Shown one piece after another: positions 19,717 to 31,138 of a stretch of 64,000 nucleotides of DNA. Source of the DNA: Sulfolobales archaeon HS-7 (GTDB lineage: Archaea > Thermoproteota > Thermoprotei_A > Sulfolobales > Sulfolobaceae). The stretch covers positions 128,001 through 192,000 of the forward strand of contig AP024596.1 of assembly GCA_019704295.1 (NCBI GenBank), written 5' to 3'. The first letter of the stretch is position 1. Every line of letters starts with the position of its first letter. A program made the translations under genes and the position numbers. A model generated the notes under the pieces. The model ran no database searches. It was not told the origin of the DNA and worked only from the letters and a program-made list of their open reading frames with translations.

Positions 19717-20388
19717 TTACTTCCTAAAAACCTTATTTACGAATTCGTCAAATCCGAGGCATGCGGGTTTTGACATGACGTAAGTCACGTGGGAGAAAAT
19801 TCTAGGATCTGAGTCGCTCACAGCTCCAGAAACGTTAGCCTCTTTGAATTGGGATAGATCCGTTAGAGAGTCTCCTATTGCCGCGATCTGGTCCGATATT
19901 GAAAGGTCTTTAAGTAGAGCTCTTAATCCAACTCCTTTGCCTCCCTCCTTTGGAATTATATGTAGCGTATTCTTAGTTATGAGGATGTTAAATGAACCCT
20001 TTGTGATCTCCTTAACCCTATCTACTAAATCCGACGTCATATAAAGTATTTTATAGGAAAGGTCGTATTTCCTGAACTCAGCAAAGGTCGTCCTTCTAAG
20101 TTCTGGGAATCTATCCAAATACTTTACAAGGTCCCTACCTTTATTCTCGCAGATCTCCACTATTCGCTTCTTATCGTAATAGACGCAACCGTTTTCCGCA
20201 ATAACGTAATCAACGCCTAAATACCTATACAAAGATAGAAGAAAGGGTAAGGAGTTCCCTGAATTCAGGATTACTTTAACTCCTGCTTTCCTTAGTTCCC
20301 TAATCGCCCTCATCGAGTTTATACATATTTCATGTTTTCCCTGAATTGTTATAGTTCCATCTACATCAGTTGAAAGTAGCATTTGCAC
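19717..20388 (-). CDS. HAD-superfamily phosphatase (phosphoglycolate phosphatase / Cof-like)
   Basis: DVDGTIT, SGNS, IAENG, KGVG, GDSLTD. Confidence 0.88.
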   Translation of the reverse strand: MQMLLSTDVDGTITIQGKHEICINSMRAIRELRKAGVKVILNSGNSLPFLLSLYRYLGVDYVIAENGCVYYDKKRIVEICENKGRDLVKYLDRFPELRRTTFAEFRKYDLSYKILYMTSDLVDRVKEITKGSFNILITKNTLHIIPKEGGKGVGLRALLKDLSISDQIAAIGDSLTDLSQFKEANVSGAVSDSDPRIFSHVTYVMSKPACLGFDEFVNKVFRK

Positions 20389-20419
20389 CGATACCTCATC
20401 AACTTTTCAAGTTATTAAA

Positions 20420-22129
20420 TCACATTGACGATGTTACTCTGTATACCGTCATTTTTATCGCCTTATTGTAACACTCCATGACCTGTTCTGCTGAAGAGCT
20501 CCACCTGAAGTTCTTCTCAACAGTTCTAATAGCGTTCTCCCTCACCTTTTCCCAGAACGAAGCGTCTGTGATGTTAAGTTTATAGGGAATGTCGGATAGG
20601 AAGGACGGGTTGTTAACTTCGCTTGCTTGCTGAAGTTTGAGTGCAGTAATCAAGGCCGAGGCCAAGTCGTCAATGCTTTCCGGCCAAGCTAGCAATCCAT
20701 TACCCTCCTCATTGAAGCGAATGTCTCTAACGAACTCCGCTATTCCCCCAACGTGATAACCCACTACAGGGGTTCCAAGCGCCATTGATTCAACGCCAAC
20801 TATTCCGAAGGGTTCCCATCTGGAGGGAAAGGCAAATGCGGAGGAGGCATAGAAGTACAGTTTATACAAATTGTAATCAGGAAAGTTTCCTAACACTAGT
20901 CTCACGTTATCCTTTAGATCAAGGGAGTTGCTAATTAGATCGTAAGAAACCCCGTAATCGCCTGCCGGTATTCCGAGGATAAGTAAACGGGCGTTACTGA
21001 TCTTTTGTATAACCTGCTTGAAGGATCGTATAAGCAAGTCAACGCCCTTCTGATACGTAAGTCTTCCTGCGAAAAGAATTAGGGGGCCATCATCTAATGG
21101 TTCATATGTCCAGTCGTCCCTTATGCCAAGTCTGTGCCTATTATTCCACAAAAGATCTCCAGTGGAGTAATTTCGCGGAATGACCTTAACTTCCTTTAAC
21201 AAGGAGAGTAAGTTCTTTCTCAACAGCTTTCTGTCCGAAGTTCCAAACCTTCTTTCCGCCTCCTCTTTTACCTGTTCTACGTTCCAATCTGTACCGTCAT
21301 AGGTTACGCAGGTTTTATTCTCTAACCAGCTCCCCGTTAGGTTAAATACCTCGTACGTCAGGTAGTTCCTGCTAACCGAAGTGAGTACATCCGATTCATA
21401 AGCGCCGAACTTCTCGATGTAACCCCCTGAAAACTCGTTCCATACATCGCTGTATTTAAGTAATTTATGTCTTACCACGTTCCATACGTAATGCTTAACA
21501 TCAACCAATCCGCACCAATTCTCAGATGGGTAGTGCCAGGGTAGTGAAGTCTTTCCTAGGAGGTGAATAGTGTAAATTATCGGCACTCCCAATCTTCTGT
21601 ACTCAAATTCCTGTTTCATTATTACCCCTGGTATTACCATATGCCAATCATGAACGTGGATAGCATCAGGTATTTCCCCCTTTGATATCCCCCTTTCGAC
21701 AATGAAGGGAACTGCCCTTGACGTCAAGGAGATCTTTTCAAGGGTCTCTAAGTAAATGTCTTGCGAATCTAAGTACTTTCCTGAGTTATAGTCCCACCCC
21801 TTTACAAGGCTAATATTTATTCCGTCAATAACTCCTTCCTCCAGACCTAAGGAGTAAGGATATGTCGTCCCATCTACGCCTATTCTAAAGCCGTCGATCC
21901 TCATTCCGGTATCCTGTAAGGAAAGCAGTCCCCTATATTGGCCCTGTAGATGTCTTCCGTGACTTGGCATTATTACCCTGACCTTTACCCCCCTTTCTAT
22001 TAATGCACTGGCTAAGTTATACACGGCCACGCCAAGTCCACCCATTGATGCTACCTTAGCCATTTCAAAGGAGAGAAACCAAACGAGGTTCACGTTATCA
22101 GGTACCCAAAAGGACTCTATTCTGCGCAT
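20420..22129 (-). CDS. glgA: Glycogen synthase
   Basis: KVASMGGLG, HVHDWH, GRLTYQKG, PSRWEPFG..GVESMALGTP. Adjacent to the GH57 amylase. Confidence 0.9.
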   Translation of the reverse strand: MRRIESFWVPDNVNLVWFLSFEMAKVASMGGLGVAVYNLASALIERGVKVRVIMPSHGRHLQGQYRGLLSLQDTGMRIDGFRIGVDGTTYPYSLGLEEGVIDGINISLVKGWDYNSGKYLDSQDIYLETLEKISLTSRAVPFIVERGISKGEIPDAIHVHDWHMVIPGVIMKQEFEYRRLGVPIIYTIHLLGKTSLPWHYPSENWCGLVDVKHYVWNVVRHKLLKYSDVWNEFSGGYIEKFGAYESDVLTSVSRNYLTYEVFNLTGSWLENKTCVTYDGTDWNVEQVKEEAERRFGTSDRKLLRKNLLSLLKEVKVIPRNYSTGDLLWNNRHRLGIRDDWTYEPLDDGPLILFAGRLTYQKGVDLLIRSFKQVIQKISNARLLILGIPAGDYGVSYDLISNSLDLKDNVRLVLGNFPDYNLYKLYFYASSAFAFPSRWEPFGIVGVESMALGTPVVGYHVGGIAEFVRDIRFNEEGNGLLAWPESIDDLASALITALKLQQASEVNNPSFLSDIPYKLNITDASFWEKVRENAIRTVEKNFRWSSSAEQVMECYNKAIKMTVYRVTSSM

Positions 22130-23457
22130 TCATTCCACTCCACAAGGTATTTTTCATGGTTCTTGAATACCTTTTCGTCTCTTTTTTTAACCTCGTTGAC
22201 CTCGTTGCAGTTCCAAACAATAGCGAATTTCCTCCCATTCTTATAAAAGTAAAAGGGGTTTTGACCTTTTACCCTGGACACCAGTTCTTTCGTAAAGTCG
22301 TTTATAGCGAAGAATTCGTTTATGAATCCCTCTATGGGACTCTGGAAGTAACTGAAGTAATTGTGAACCTCTGCCGGACCTCCAGAACCTGTAAAAAGAT
22401 AGTAATAATTGTCACTTGTAGTAAAGTATCTCCAGACCTTTAGGAACTCCCCACCTAATTCCTTAGCTGGATACTCTCCCCTTCTTACGACCTCGTCGTA
22501 AGCCCATTGCATCTGGTTCCCGAGCCAACTCGTTTCGTTTTTTTCTATGTCAGCCCATGACGAATACTCCCTAGGAGGAACTATTTCGGAGTAACTCTCC
22601 CCTCCAAGTTCGGACGGCATCCTCATCTTTATTTTTCTCTTCATGAGTTCCCTTGGTAAATGGTAAAGGAAATCCATTATTCCGCTTTCCTGAGGATGAT
22701 GTTCGCCAAAAGTTTCGTAATCTACGAAGATCGTAGCGTTATTTCCTTCGGAGAATTCTACCCACGTGGCATATTTGTCCGCAGTAAGGGGATATTGATC
22801 CCAATTTCTACTCGAAAACCTGAACGCTATATCATCACTAAGTCTATAATTCCTTAAGAGTAAAAGCAAATCCCTGCCCTTGACCTTATATACGTAGTTT
22901 GGGTTTCTGACTATAGACTCTTTTCCCTCGATAATTATGCTTTTGAAACCAAGTTTTTCCGCCTCATTAACTATCCTGTCGTTTGTGATTAATTCCGTGT
23001 TCTCGAAGGTTATGGGATTAACATCAAATAAATCCTTAATGGTCATCCTCTGCATCTCTACTTGTTCTCTCCATTCTGAGAGGTCTTCCCAGAGAGATGT
23101 AACAGAGTGATAATAGGTCTGTCCTAAAAATTCTATTTTTTTCGTAGATGCTAATTGTTTGAAAATATCAATTAGTTCTGGGAACCATCTCTCCGCCTGC
23201 TCAAGAAATACCCCGGATACGCTGAAGAAGTACTTTACGTCGTAACCCTCATTTTCCCCATTTTCAATCGATTCCAGAATTATCCTACTAGCTGGCAAAT
23301 AGCACTTTTCCGTCACTCTCTCCATGATTTCCCTATTTAGGCGTACGTCAAAGTACTTCTCTAAGCTTACTTCTGAGTTTAATACTGGTTCCCAGAACGA
23401 GTTCTTTCTCACTCTGAACGGTTGATGTACTTCGAAGCCGATAGTCACAGATTTCAT
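22117..23457 (-). CDS. amyA: GH57 alpha-amylase
   Basis: FEVHQP, QTYYHS, FENTEL, LSDDIAFRFS, DYETFGEH, SWAD, TTSDNYYY. ATG 23457 with a GGTG SD-like motif preferred over TTG 23484. Confidence 0.92.
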   Translation of the reverse strand: MKSVTIGFEVHQPFRVRKNSFWEPVLNSEVSLEKYFDVRLNREIMERVTEKCYLPASRIILESIENGENEGYDVKYFFSVSGVFLEQAERWFPELIDIFKQLASTKKIEFLGQTYYHSVTSLWEDLSEWREQVEMQRMTIKDLFDVNPITFENTELITNDRIVNEAEKLGFKSIIIEGKESIVRNPNYVYKVKGRDLLLLLRNYRLSDDIAFRFSSRNWDQYPLTADKYATWVEFSEGNNATIFVDYETFGEHHPQESGIMDFLYHLPRELMKRKIKMRMPSELGGESYSEIVPPREYSSWADIEKNETSWLGNQMQWAYDEVVRRGEYPAKELGGEFLKVWRYFTTSDNYYYLFTGSGGPAEVHNYFSYFQSPIEGFINEFFAINDFTKELVSRVKGQNPFYFYKNGRKFAIVWNCNEVNEVKKRDEKVFKNHEKYLVEWNECAE

Positions 23458-23500
23458 TGAAACACCATAACATATTATTGACAATTACTTTATAATAAAT

Positions 23501-24751
23501 ATGGACTTGTCCGATGTAAAGGTGATAATACCAATAGGTGGAGAGGCAACTAGAATGAAACCCCTTACGGTGGAAACGTCAAAAGCTACGGTAAGGATTC
23601 TCAACAGGCCCTTACTTGAGTTCGCTATAATTGAGCTTGCTAGACAGGGAGTTAAGGAGTTCATATTCGGAGTTAGGGGTTATGTGAACTATAGGTCCCT
23701 ATACGAGGCATTTAAAGAGGGAATAGGAATTTCCGCCAGATATAAGATAAAGCCAAGACTTCACTTCAAATATCAGCCGAGGATAGATAGTGTAGGCAAC
23801 GCTGATTCCGTAAGGATTAACATGGACTATTACGACATAGAAGAGCCTACGTTAGTTATTCAGGGCGATAACCTGTTTAAACTCAACCTAGGGAATTTCC
23901 TAGAATATCATCTCAAAAACGACGCAACGATGACGATAATGTTGAAGAGCGTGGAGGACGTCTCAGAGTTCGGCGTAGCCAGGCTTACAGATGAGAATAG
24001 AATAGTGGAATTCGTGGAGAAGCCTAGACCAGAACAGGCCCCCTCAAAGCTAGCCAATACAGGCATCTACATGTTGAATCCGGCGATAAAGGAAGTATTT
24101 AAGGAGAAGGACGTGGTGAAGATGAGGAAGGAGGGACATCTGGATTTCGGGAAGGACTTCATTCCCTATCTAATAAAGAGAGATTACAAGGTTTTCGGCT
24201 TTACTTCGGAGGATTTGTGGTTTGATGTGGGTACTCCTTCTAGGTATTTGGAGGCAATGCAAACACTCCTCAGGACTCTCCCCCCTGACGATTTTCACGG
24301 AGAACAGCTCTCCCCAGAGGTTAAGGTTTTCGTTCAGGGGCAGAGTCCAGACTCAGTAAAGAGGAGAAATTACATAAAAAGGAAGTTTAAAGAAGGGGAA
24401 ATAAAGTTAGAGAACAACGTACTCATAGGTAGACATTGTCAAATAGGACCTGGGACCTACATAGCCGACTCGGTAATTGACAACTTCAGTATAGTTAGGA
24501 GTAACTCGATAATTGTAAGGTCTTCCGTTATGGATAGGGTATTTATAGGGGAAAACGCATATGTGGAAAATTCGATCATCGGTCGGCATTGCGAGATAAG
24601 ATCCACTCGGGATGAACCGGTTAAGATAATAGACTCCGTAGTGGCTGATGACGTAATAATAGAGGAGGGAACTACGGTAATAAGATCTAAGATTTACCCT
24701 CACAAAACGGTAACTTCTCATAGCAGGATAGAGGATACAACCATAATCTAG
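23501..24751 (+). CDS. Sugar-1-phosphate nucleotidyltransferase (NDP-glucose supply for glycogen)
   Basis: GGEATRMKPLT, FVEKP, ANTGIY, DFGKD, WFDVGT, C-terminal hexapeptide beta-helix. Divergent from amyA-glgA. Confidence 0.9.
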   Translation: MDLSDVKVIIPIGGEATRMKPLTVETSKATVRILNRPLLEFAIIELARQGVKEFIFGVRGYVNYRSLYEAFKEGIGISARYKIKPRLHFKYQPRIDSVGNADSVRINMDYYDIEEPTLVIQGDNLFKLNLGNFLEYHLKNDATMTIMLKSVEDVSEFGVARLTDENRIVEFVEKPRPEQAPSKLANTGIYMLNPAIKEVFKEKDVVKMRKEGHLDFGKDFIPYLIKRDYKVFGFTSEDLWFDVGTPSRYLEAMQTLLRTLPPDDFHGEQLSPEVKVFVQGQSPDSVKRRNYIKRKFKEGEIKLENNVLIGRHCQIGPGTYIADSVIDNFSIVRSNSIIVRSSVMDRVFIGENAYVENSIIGRHCEIRSTRDEPVKIIDSVVADDVIIEEGTTVIRSKIYPHKTVTSHSRIEDTTII

Positions 24752-24813
24752 GCAATTTTTGCACAGAAAAGTGAATTTATAACTTCAGGATGTGTTTCTT
24801 TAACAGTGAAAAC

Positions 24814-25461
24814 ATGAAACTTTATCAGAAGTTTCCAGATACTCAAGTCCTAACAACGAAGGGTCCGATTGATTTTTATAAGGACGTATTTAGCAAAGGA
24901 AAATGGTTGTTCCTATTCGCTCATCCTGCCGATTTCACACCAGTTTGCACAACGGAATTTGTCGGATTTGCTCAGGTGTATGATGAATTCAAGAAATTAG
25001 GTGTGGAAATGATAGGGATGAGTGTTGATAGCATATATTCACATCTCCAGTGGTTACAGGACATTGAGAATAGATATGGAGTAACGATCCCATTTCCCTT
25101 GATAGCCGATCCCGATAAGAAGTTGGCCAGAATGCTTGACATAATTGACGAAGCGTCCGGAGTGACTATCAGGGCAGTTTTCCTAGTGAATCCAGAAGGT
25201 GTGATAAGGTTTATGGCATATTATCCCATAGAATACGGTAGGAAAATAGAGGAAATGCTAAGGATTACGAAAGCTGCTATAGTAAACTATAAGGCAAAGG
25301 TATCTTTGCCCGCTGACTGGGAACCCGGAAAGGAAGTAATTCTGCCCACAGCAACAACCATAGACGAAGCTAGGATGAGAGCAAAGCTACCTAATGCGAA
25401 GGCCTGGTATATAGTAATGAAAAAGTATGAGGAGTTGCCTCCAGAACAGAGAATTCAGTAA
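24814..25461 (+). CDS. Peroxiredoxin (Prx6/1-Cys type)
   Basis: HPADFTPVCTTE, FPLIAD, RAVFLV, GRKIEE, PADWEPG. TTTATAA box favours ATG 24814. Confidence 0.93.
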   Translation: MKLYQKFPDTQVLTTKGPIDFYKDVFSKGKWLFLFAHPADFTPVCTTEFVGFAQVYDEFKKLGVEMIGMSVDSIYSHLQWLQDIENRYGVTIPFPLIADPDKKLARMLDIIDEASGVTIRAVFLVNPEGVIRFMAYYPIEYGRKIEEMLRITKAAIVNYKAKVSLPADWEPGKEVILPTATTIDEARMRAKLPNAKAWYIVMKKYEELPPEQRIQ

Positions 25462-26222
25462 AAGGAATAAGATACAACTAACATCGACCACAAGTTTTTA
25501 TCTATAAATCCACACGCATCAAGGAGATTTTTAGCCTTTTTTATAGATGTAGCACTCCCTACTAGGAAACCTCCATCTCCGCTTTCTACGTGAAACACCT
25601 CAAAGTTGTTAAGAAGTTTGTATATGTCCCCAATTTTTCTACTAAATAGGCTGAATACTGCTATATCTGCCCTTTCTAGGTCAATGATTGGGTAAATTCT
25701 CACCATCGCTTCCTTTATCATAAACTCTATTCTCTTTTTCACTATAGATGGGTTCACTCCTATTTTCTCGGCGATTTTATACACAGGTATTGTTGGCTCT
25801 TTTCTTAGAAATGATATTATTTCATAATCTGTTTTATCAATCTCGAGAATTTTCCGCTCAGGAATATATTTCAGTATAGGTTCACCTAGTTCCTCTGAAA
25901 TAATTTGGGATTTTTCCTCTAGTTCGTTTTGTGACTTTGCCGCTATTTGATAGACGTTGAATTCCTCCATGCATTCGAATCTTGAAACCAGCTCTCCATT
26001 GTAGTTTTTCCTATTTCTGAAGATGAGAATACCGTGATACAATCCGAGGGCATTAGGATCTACGTAACAACTGTACCCCTTTATGATCCCCTCCTTTTCC
26101 ATCTTATCTATTCTGTATCCTATTACTTGAGGTAATAGCCTTAATAGAGATGCAAGGGATGTAGTTTTTCTTCTCCCGTTTCTAAGTAAGTCGACAAGAA
26201 TTTCCCTGTCTATTTGATCCAT
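25455..26222 (-). CDS. Tandem winged-helix Lrp/AsnC-like transcriptional regulator
   Basis: MDQIDREIL..L.RNGR...LA...RIDKMEKEGIIKGY, and a second unit IDKTDYEII..LRKEP...IAEKIGV. Confidence 0.88.
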   Translation of the reverse strand: MDQIDREILVDLLRNGRRKTTSLASLLRLLPQVIGYRIDKMEKEGIIKGYSCYVDPNALGLYHGILIFRNRKNYNGELVSRFECMEEFNVYQIAAKSQNELEEKSQIISEELGEPILKYIPERKILEIDKTDYEIISFLRKEPTIPVYKIAEKIGVNPSIVKKRIEFMIKEAMVRIYPIIDLERADIAVFSLFSRKIGDIYKLLNNFEVFHVESGDGGFLVGSATSIKKAKNLLDACGFIDKNLWSMLVVSYSFY

Positions 26223-26458
26223 AGCTAAATTACGGGTTTTCGTAAATAAATATTGTCCAATAATATCTAACGCTTTCCATAATTTCCTTAAATTAGTTAC
26301 AAACGTTCACTGTATAATCCTTACTAATATTGAAATCCCTTAATCGCTTCAGTAAAACAGTGTTATGAACCTTAAAAGCTTGAATCGCAAATTTCCCAGT
26401 GATTGTATTGAATAGTAAAGCTTATTAATCATAAAATTTCATTTTAGGGTGACCCTAA

Positions 26459-28036
26459 ATGGCGGAAAAATCTCAAGAGGTTATTCCCAGATTAAGGAAA
26501 GGTGCTGTTAACACCTTGGAGGCGATAGCGCAGGAGATAGCAGCAATGGCTCCTGCATGTGATACAGTAGCCTTCATCACGTCCGCAGCAACAGCTGCAT
26601 TTGTCTTAACACCGCTAGCATTTCTGATCGCCATGGCCACTATGTATTTGGAGGTAAACACGTTATACCACTTATCGAAAAGACACGCGAGTGCAGGCGG
26701 TTATTACGGATATATAGCGACGGCATTTGGAGCCCGACCAGCTGCTGTATCGGGATTGCTTTACGTTCTTTACCAGGTTGCAAGTACGGCGGCTATACCG
26801 GTCTACGTCGCGGGTGTTGTCCTACCGGGCGTTTTAAACTACTTTTGGGGAATTCAGCTACCAGGGTGGATATGGATTCCGTTTATAGTGGGCTTCATAA
26901 TGATTCCGATAGTTTTGGCTATGGTTGGAATAAGGCCTCAGATGAAGTACGTAAGATACGCTGCTCTCACAGAGGTAGCTTTCCTAATGATCACCAGCGT
27001 GATAATCATATTGAAGGCACCTGACAATACGTTAGCAGTGTTTAATCCTTTTGATCCAAGATGGAATTTACTTTATGGAAAACAGTTTGGACTAGAAGGC
27101 GGTCCTTTGGCAGGTTTGGGATTGGGCATGATATTCGGGATTACCAGCTTCATAGGGTATGGAGGATCCGCTCCTTTAGGAGAGGAGGCAAAGAGTTCAA
27201 AGCAAATAACTAAAGCGCTAGTACTTGGAGTGTTAATTGTAGGCGCTGTTCTTACTAGCGTGTCTTACTCGCTCATTGTTGGTTGGGGGATAAACAACAT
27301 TGTGGCGTTCGCAAACAATCCTATTCCGGGGATAATAGTTTACGCTGAGTATTTGGGTGTAGCTGGAGGACTGATGTTAGCCCTCTTTGCATTTAACTCA
27401 GCTTTTTCCGACTCCGTAGCTATGCAATCAAATGCCGGTAGAGTATACTTTGCTATGGCAAGAGACGGTTTACTTCCCAAATTCTTCGCAGAAGTACATA
27501 AGAAGTGGATAACCCCACATAAGTCGCTTCTGTTTATCGGTATACTTTCGTCGATTTTGGCTGTCATAACTGGCTTTGGTATTGGATATATGTCAGGAGT
27601 AACTCCTTACCAGATGCTTACCCTACCAGCAACCTCTACTGACGTATTTAACGCCCTGAGTAATGGCTTTGACTTTCTAACCACAATAGCGCTGGTAGGC
27701 CTAGTAGTAACCCATATTCTGTTAAACACCTCAGTTATGACGATGTTCGCGAGATTAAAGGAAAAGCACTACGGATTCAAGAAAATCCTACATCCCCTAC
27801 AGCACTACGGCTTGCCAATAATTGCCACAATAGTTTTCGGATTTGTCGTTTACGAATCGCTTGCCTCTTTCGTATTTCCGTATAATATAGCTACTTACGC
27901 GTCGTTTGGTTACCTAGCTTTTGCCACAATATACGTTCTCATCAAAGCCAAAATGAATCCAAAATTCCTGCAAATAGCAGGCAAAAGGGTTAATCTCGTA
28001 GATGAAGAACGTGCAGAGGAAAAACACCTCTCCTAA
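26459..28036 (+). CDS. APC-family amino acid permease
   Basis: AMAPA, SAGGYYGY, SFIGYGGSAPLGEE, RVYFAMARDGLLP, TPH. Confidence 0.93.
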   Translation: MAEKSQEVIPRLRKGAVNTLEAIAQEIAAMAPACDTVAFITSAATAAFVLTPLAFLIAMATMYLEVNTLYHLSKRHASAGGYYGYIATAFGARPAAVSGLLYVLYQVASTAAIPVYVAGVVLPGVLNYFWGIQLPGWIWIPFIVGFIMIPIVLAMVGIRPQMKYVRYAALTEVAFLMITSVIIILKAPDNTLAVFNPFDPRWNLLYGKQFGLEGGPLAGLGLGMIFGITSFIGYGGSAPLGEEAKSSKQITKALVLGVLIVGAVLTSVSYSLIVGWGINNIVAFANNPIPGIIVYAEYLGVAGGLMLALFAFNSAFSDSVAMQSNAGRVYFAMARDGLLPKFFAEVHKKWITPHKSLLFIGILSSILAVITGFGIGYMSGVTPYQMLTLPATSTDVFNALSNGFDFLTTIALVGLVVTHILLNTSVMTMFARLKEKHYGFKKILHPLQHYGLPIIATIVFGFVVYESLASFVFPYNIATYASFGYLAFATIYVLIKAKMNPKFLQIAGKRVNLVDEERAEEKHLS

Positions 28037-28284
28037 AAGTACTTAACTCAAGTGGGAGACTGTAATAAGGGAATCCTTAGGAATTCTGGAATGAGTTCTT
28101 TTTGTACACTTAGTAACCCTATTCGTGAATTAGCAGGAATGCTAAAAAATACACCCTTATGTTTTAGAGGATTTTTACGACCCTATTGTAATCTTTAAAT
28201 CATCTATTCTGGAAGGGGAATGTCACAATAGAAGGTTAAAGTTAATATTAAATGAACCTGCTCATTATGCAAATACGGCGCTCC

Positions 28285-29217
28285 TCAAAACTTCGAATAG
28301 TATTCAATAAACTTCTTTACATCGTCTAAGGATGCATACGTTTCTGCATCACCCTCAGTCATTAGCTTAATCCCTACAAAGGCCGCCGCGATTCTTAGGG
28401 ATTCTCCAAGTTCCCTTCCCGACAACCAGGATGCGATGAAGGCACCCGAAAACGCGTCTCCTGCACCTATGTCGTGAACTACTGGGACTTTGAAAGCCTG
28501 AGTTGAAGCCTTCTCTCCCTCATGCCACGCGGCGGCACCCTTCTCTCCTAGCTTGTAAACTAAAAGAGATACACCGTAGTCTTTTACGACACCTATCACC
28601 TTTTCAAAATCAGTTTCCCCAAAAATCAATGACGCGTCTCCTGGATCTGTTATCAGAACATCTACTAGCGGAAGAACGCTCAATATTGCCTTTCTTGCTT
28701 GCTCACCACTCCATAGCTTTAATCTAATGTTGGTGTCGAAGCTTGTCATCTTCGCCTTTTCAAACGCAGTTTTCAGGGCCTCTGACGCTGACTTGCTTAT
28801 TGCTAACGTTATTCCCGTAGAGTGCACTAAGTCCGCGCCCTTTATTTCGTCTGGTACGTCCTCTGGTGATATCATACTCCCTGCGCTTCCCGTTCTATAG
28901 TAGTAAACTTCGTTCCTGTTTGGTAGGGGAAAGTTCTTCTGAACGAAGAACACTGCCGTCCATGCCCCTTTTGTAGACTTTACGTAGTTTACGTTTACTC
29001 CCTTACCCATGAGATACTCAATTATGTATTTTCCGAATTCATCGTCACCAACCCTAGCTATCAGATGACACTCCACCCCTAACCTAGAAGCGCTTATGCA
29101 GAAGTTGGCCTCCGCACCTCCCATGTACTTTTTGAAAGAGAGTACATGCCTTAGCGGACCGGAATTCTCCGGTAATAATTGTACCATAGGTTCTCCAATA
29201 GCGAAAATTTTAGCCAT
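28285..29217 (-). CDS. kdgK: 2-keto-3-deoxygluconate kinase (PfkB family)
   Basis: GEPM, GGAEAN, YYRTGSAGS, HSTGITLAIS, FDTNIR.KLW, DIGAGDAF. Confidence 0.85.
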   Translation of the reverse strand: MAKIFAIGEPMVQLLPENSGPLRHVLSFKKYMGGAEANFCISASRLGVECHLIARVGDDEFGKYIIEYLMGKGVNVNYVKSTKGAWTAVFFVQKNFPLPNRNEVYYYRTGSAGSMISPEDVPDEIKGADLVHSTGITLAISKSASEALKTAFEKAKMTSFDTNIRLKLWSGEQARKAILSVLPLVDVLITDPGDASLIFGETDFEKVIGVVKDYGVSLLVYKLGEKGAAAWHEGEKASTQAFKVPVVHDIGAGDAFSGAFIASWLSGRELGESLRIAAAFVGIKLMTEGDAETYASLDDVKKFIEYYSKF

Positions 29218-29294
29218 GCGTAATTAAAATATATGAGAATTAAAATAGGCGACGGATTCCTGGAAACTATTTATGGTACAACGTTTTCTATTAA

Positions 29295-30200
29295 GTGATG
29301 AGGATATTTTCCACCCGTAAACTTAACGAAAAGGCAAGGGAGTATTTGAGGGAATGGAAAGTGTACGAGGTTGACCCCCCTGAAGACGCCGATGCGATAT
29401 TGTGTTGGCCTTCAGAGTTCTCAAAGTACTCCTTTAAGAGCCTAAAAGTCGTTCAAACTTTCTCTGCAGGTGTAGACGACTTCCCCTTTCATCTCCTAAA
29501 GAAAGGGGTCAGGTTGTTTTCAAATGCAGGCGCTTACTCAGTTTCCGTAGCGGAACACGCCTGGGGGCTTATCCTCTCCTTAGCGAAGGGGATAGGTAAA
29601 AGGGAGAGAGAGAAGAGTTACGTTCTCAATGGGAAGAACCTCCTTATTCTAGGAGCAGGGGGGATAGGAACGGAGATCGCTAGAATGGGAAAATACGGAT
29701 TTAACATGAGGGTTATAGGAGTCTCAAGGAGTTTTAAAAATCCCGAATTTTTTGATGTAAGGTTTGGAATATTACAGTTGGATGAAGTTATTTCCGAAGG
29801 GGATGTAATAGCTATTTCTTTACCTCTTAATGAACAGACGAGAGGACTTATCAACTACCATAGAATGCAAAGAATGAAGGAGCAATCCATTTTAGTTAAC
29901 GTAGGAAGGGCAGAAGTAGTAGTATATGAAGATGTGGTCAGGATATTGAGGGAAAGAAGGGGATTCAGATTCGGGACTGACGTCTTCTGGAGGATCAACG
30001 GAAGGGAAAACTATGATTTAGATCTCTGGAATTTCAGTAACTTCACGGGAACACTTCACACGGCCGGCGGTTTAGCTAACGAAGAAGTTTTACAGAATGC
30101 AATAGAGAAAGCAGTTCTCAACCTAAGAAGAGTCCTTCTCGAGGGAAGAGGAGAGAACGAGGTGAAAATTGAGGATTACATTAATCAGGGTGAGCCGTAA
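29295..30200 (+). CDS. D-isomer-specific 2-hydroxyacid dehydrogenase
   Basis: SAGVD, VAEHA, GAGGIG, LPLNEQT, VNVGRA, DVFW, HTAG. Confidence 0.92.
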   Translation: MMRIFSTRKLNEKAREYLREWKVYEVDPPEDADAILCWPSEFSKYSFKSLKVVQTFSAGVDDFPFHLLKKGVRLFSNAGAYSVSVAEHAWGLILSLAKGIGKREREKSYVLNGKNLLILGAGGIGTEIARMGKYGFNMRVIGVSRSFKNPEFFDVRFGILQLDEVISEGDVIAISLPLNEQTRGLINYHRMQRMKEQSILVNVGRAEVVVYEDVVRILRERRGFRFGTDVFWRINGRENYDLDLWNFSNFTGTLHTAGGLANEEVLQNAIEKAVLNLRRVLLEGRGENEVKIEDYINQGEP

Positions 30201-31138
30201 TGAGGAGATTTATAATCGACTGCGATACTGCAGAGGACGACATAATGAGCTTTTTCATGTTGGTAAGCAGGGGATTTAGTGTAGAGGGAATAACAGTAGT
30301 TGAAGGGAACATAAATTTTGACCAAGAGGTTAAAAACGCGCTATGGATGTCGGAGCTTGCGGAGAAATACACGGGGAGAAAATATCCCGTATTTCCAGGA
30401 ATGAGGAGGCCCATAGTCAAGGATTATAGAACGGTTGAGAACGTTCATGGTAACACAGGAGTAGGCGAATACGCGTTAACTCCAACACGTGAAAAGCCAC
30501 AATCTAAACACGCAATAGACGCGATCATAGAGCTCAGCGAAATTTACCCTGGCGAACTGGAGTTTCTAGCTATTTCTCCTCTTACTAATTTAGCCTTAGC
30601 ATGGTTGAAGTATCCGAGGATAGCGGGGGAAATAAAGAAAGTGTACGTCATGGGAGGAACGATCCACGGGAGAGGGAATATAACCCCCTCTTCCGAGTAC
30701 AACATATGGGTTGATCCCGAGGCAGCTAAAATCGTGTTTAATGCGGGATTTGACATCACTATGGTATCATGGGACTTGATTACCGATTACGTTATTGAGG
30801 AGACCGAATGGGAGAAAATTAAGTCAATGAAAACTGAGATGGCCCAGCTTTACGTAAAGATTTACTCTCATTATAGAAATTACGCTATGAGTAGGCAAAG
30901 GATGAAGGGAAATCCTCATCCAGATGTAATAACTACGTCTGTCGCCATAAATCCTGATGTAGCTAAAGAGGTAAGGGAAGAATACGTAATAGTAGATACC
31001 TCCGATGGTCCCTCTAGAGGGGCAACGTTCATAGATTACCTCGGTATTACTGGAAACAAACCTAATGCTAAAGTGGTTTACTCTATTAATAGGGAGAAAT
31101 TCCTGGAGGAAATCTTCTTCACCTTAGGCTGGAAATAG
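30200..31138 (+). CDS. Nucleoside hydrolase (IU-NH family)
   Basis: [38 protein letters not shown]. Confidence 0.93.
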   Translation: MRRFIIDCDTAEDDIMSFFMLVSRGFSVEGITVVEGNINFDQEVKNALWMSELAEKYTGRKYPVFPGMRRPIVKDYRTVENVHGNTGVGEYALTPTREKPQSKHAIDAIIELSEIYPGELEFLAISPLTNLALAWLKYPRIAGEIKKVYVMGGTIHGRGNITPSSEYNIWVDPEAAKIVFNAGFDITMVSWDLITDYVIEETEWEKIKSMKTEMAQLYVKIYSHYRNYAMSRQRMKGNPHPDVITTSVAINPDVAKEVREEYVIVDTSDGPSRGATFIDYLGITGNKPNAKVVYSINREKFLEEIFFTLGWK

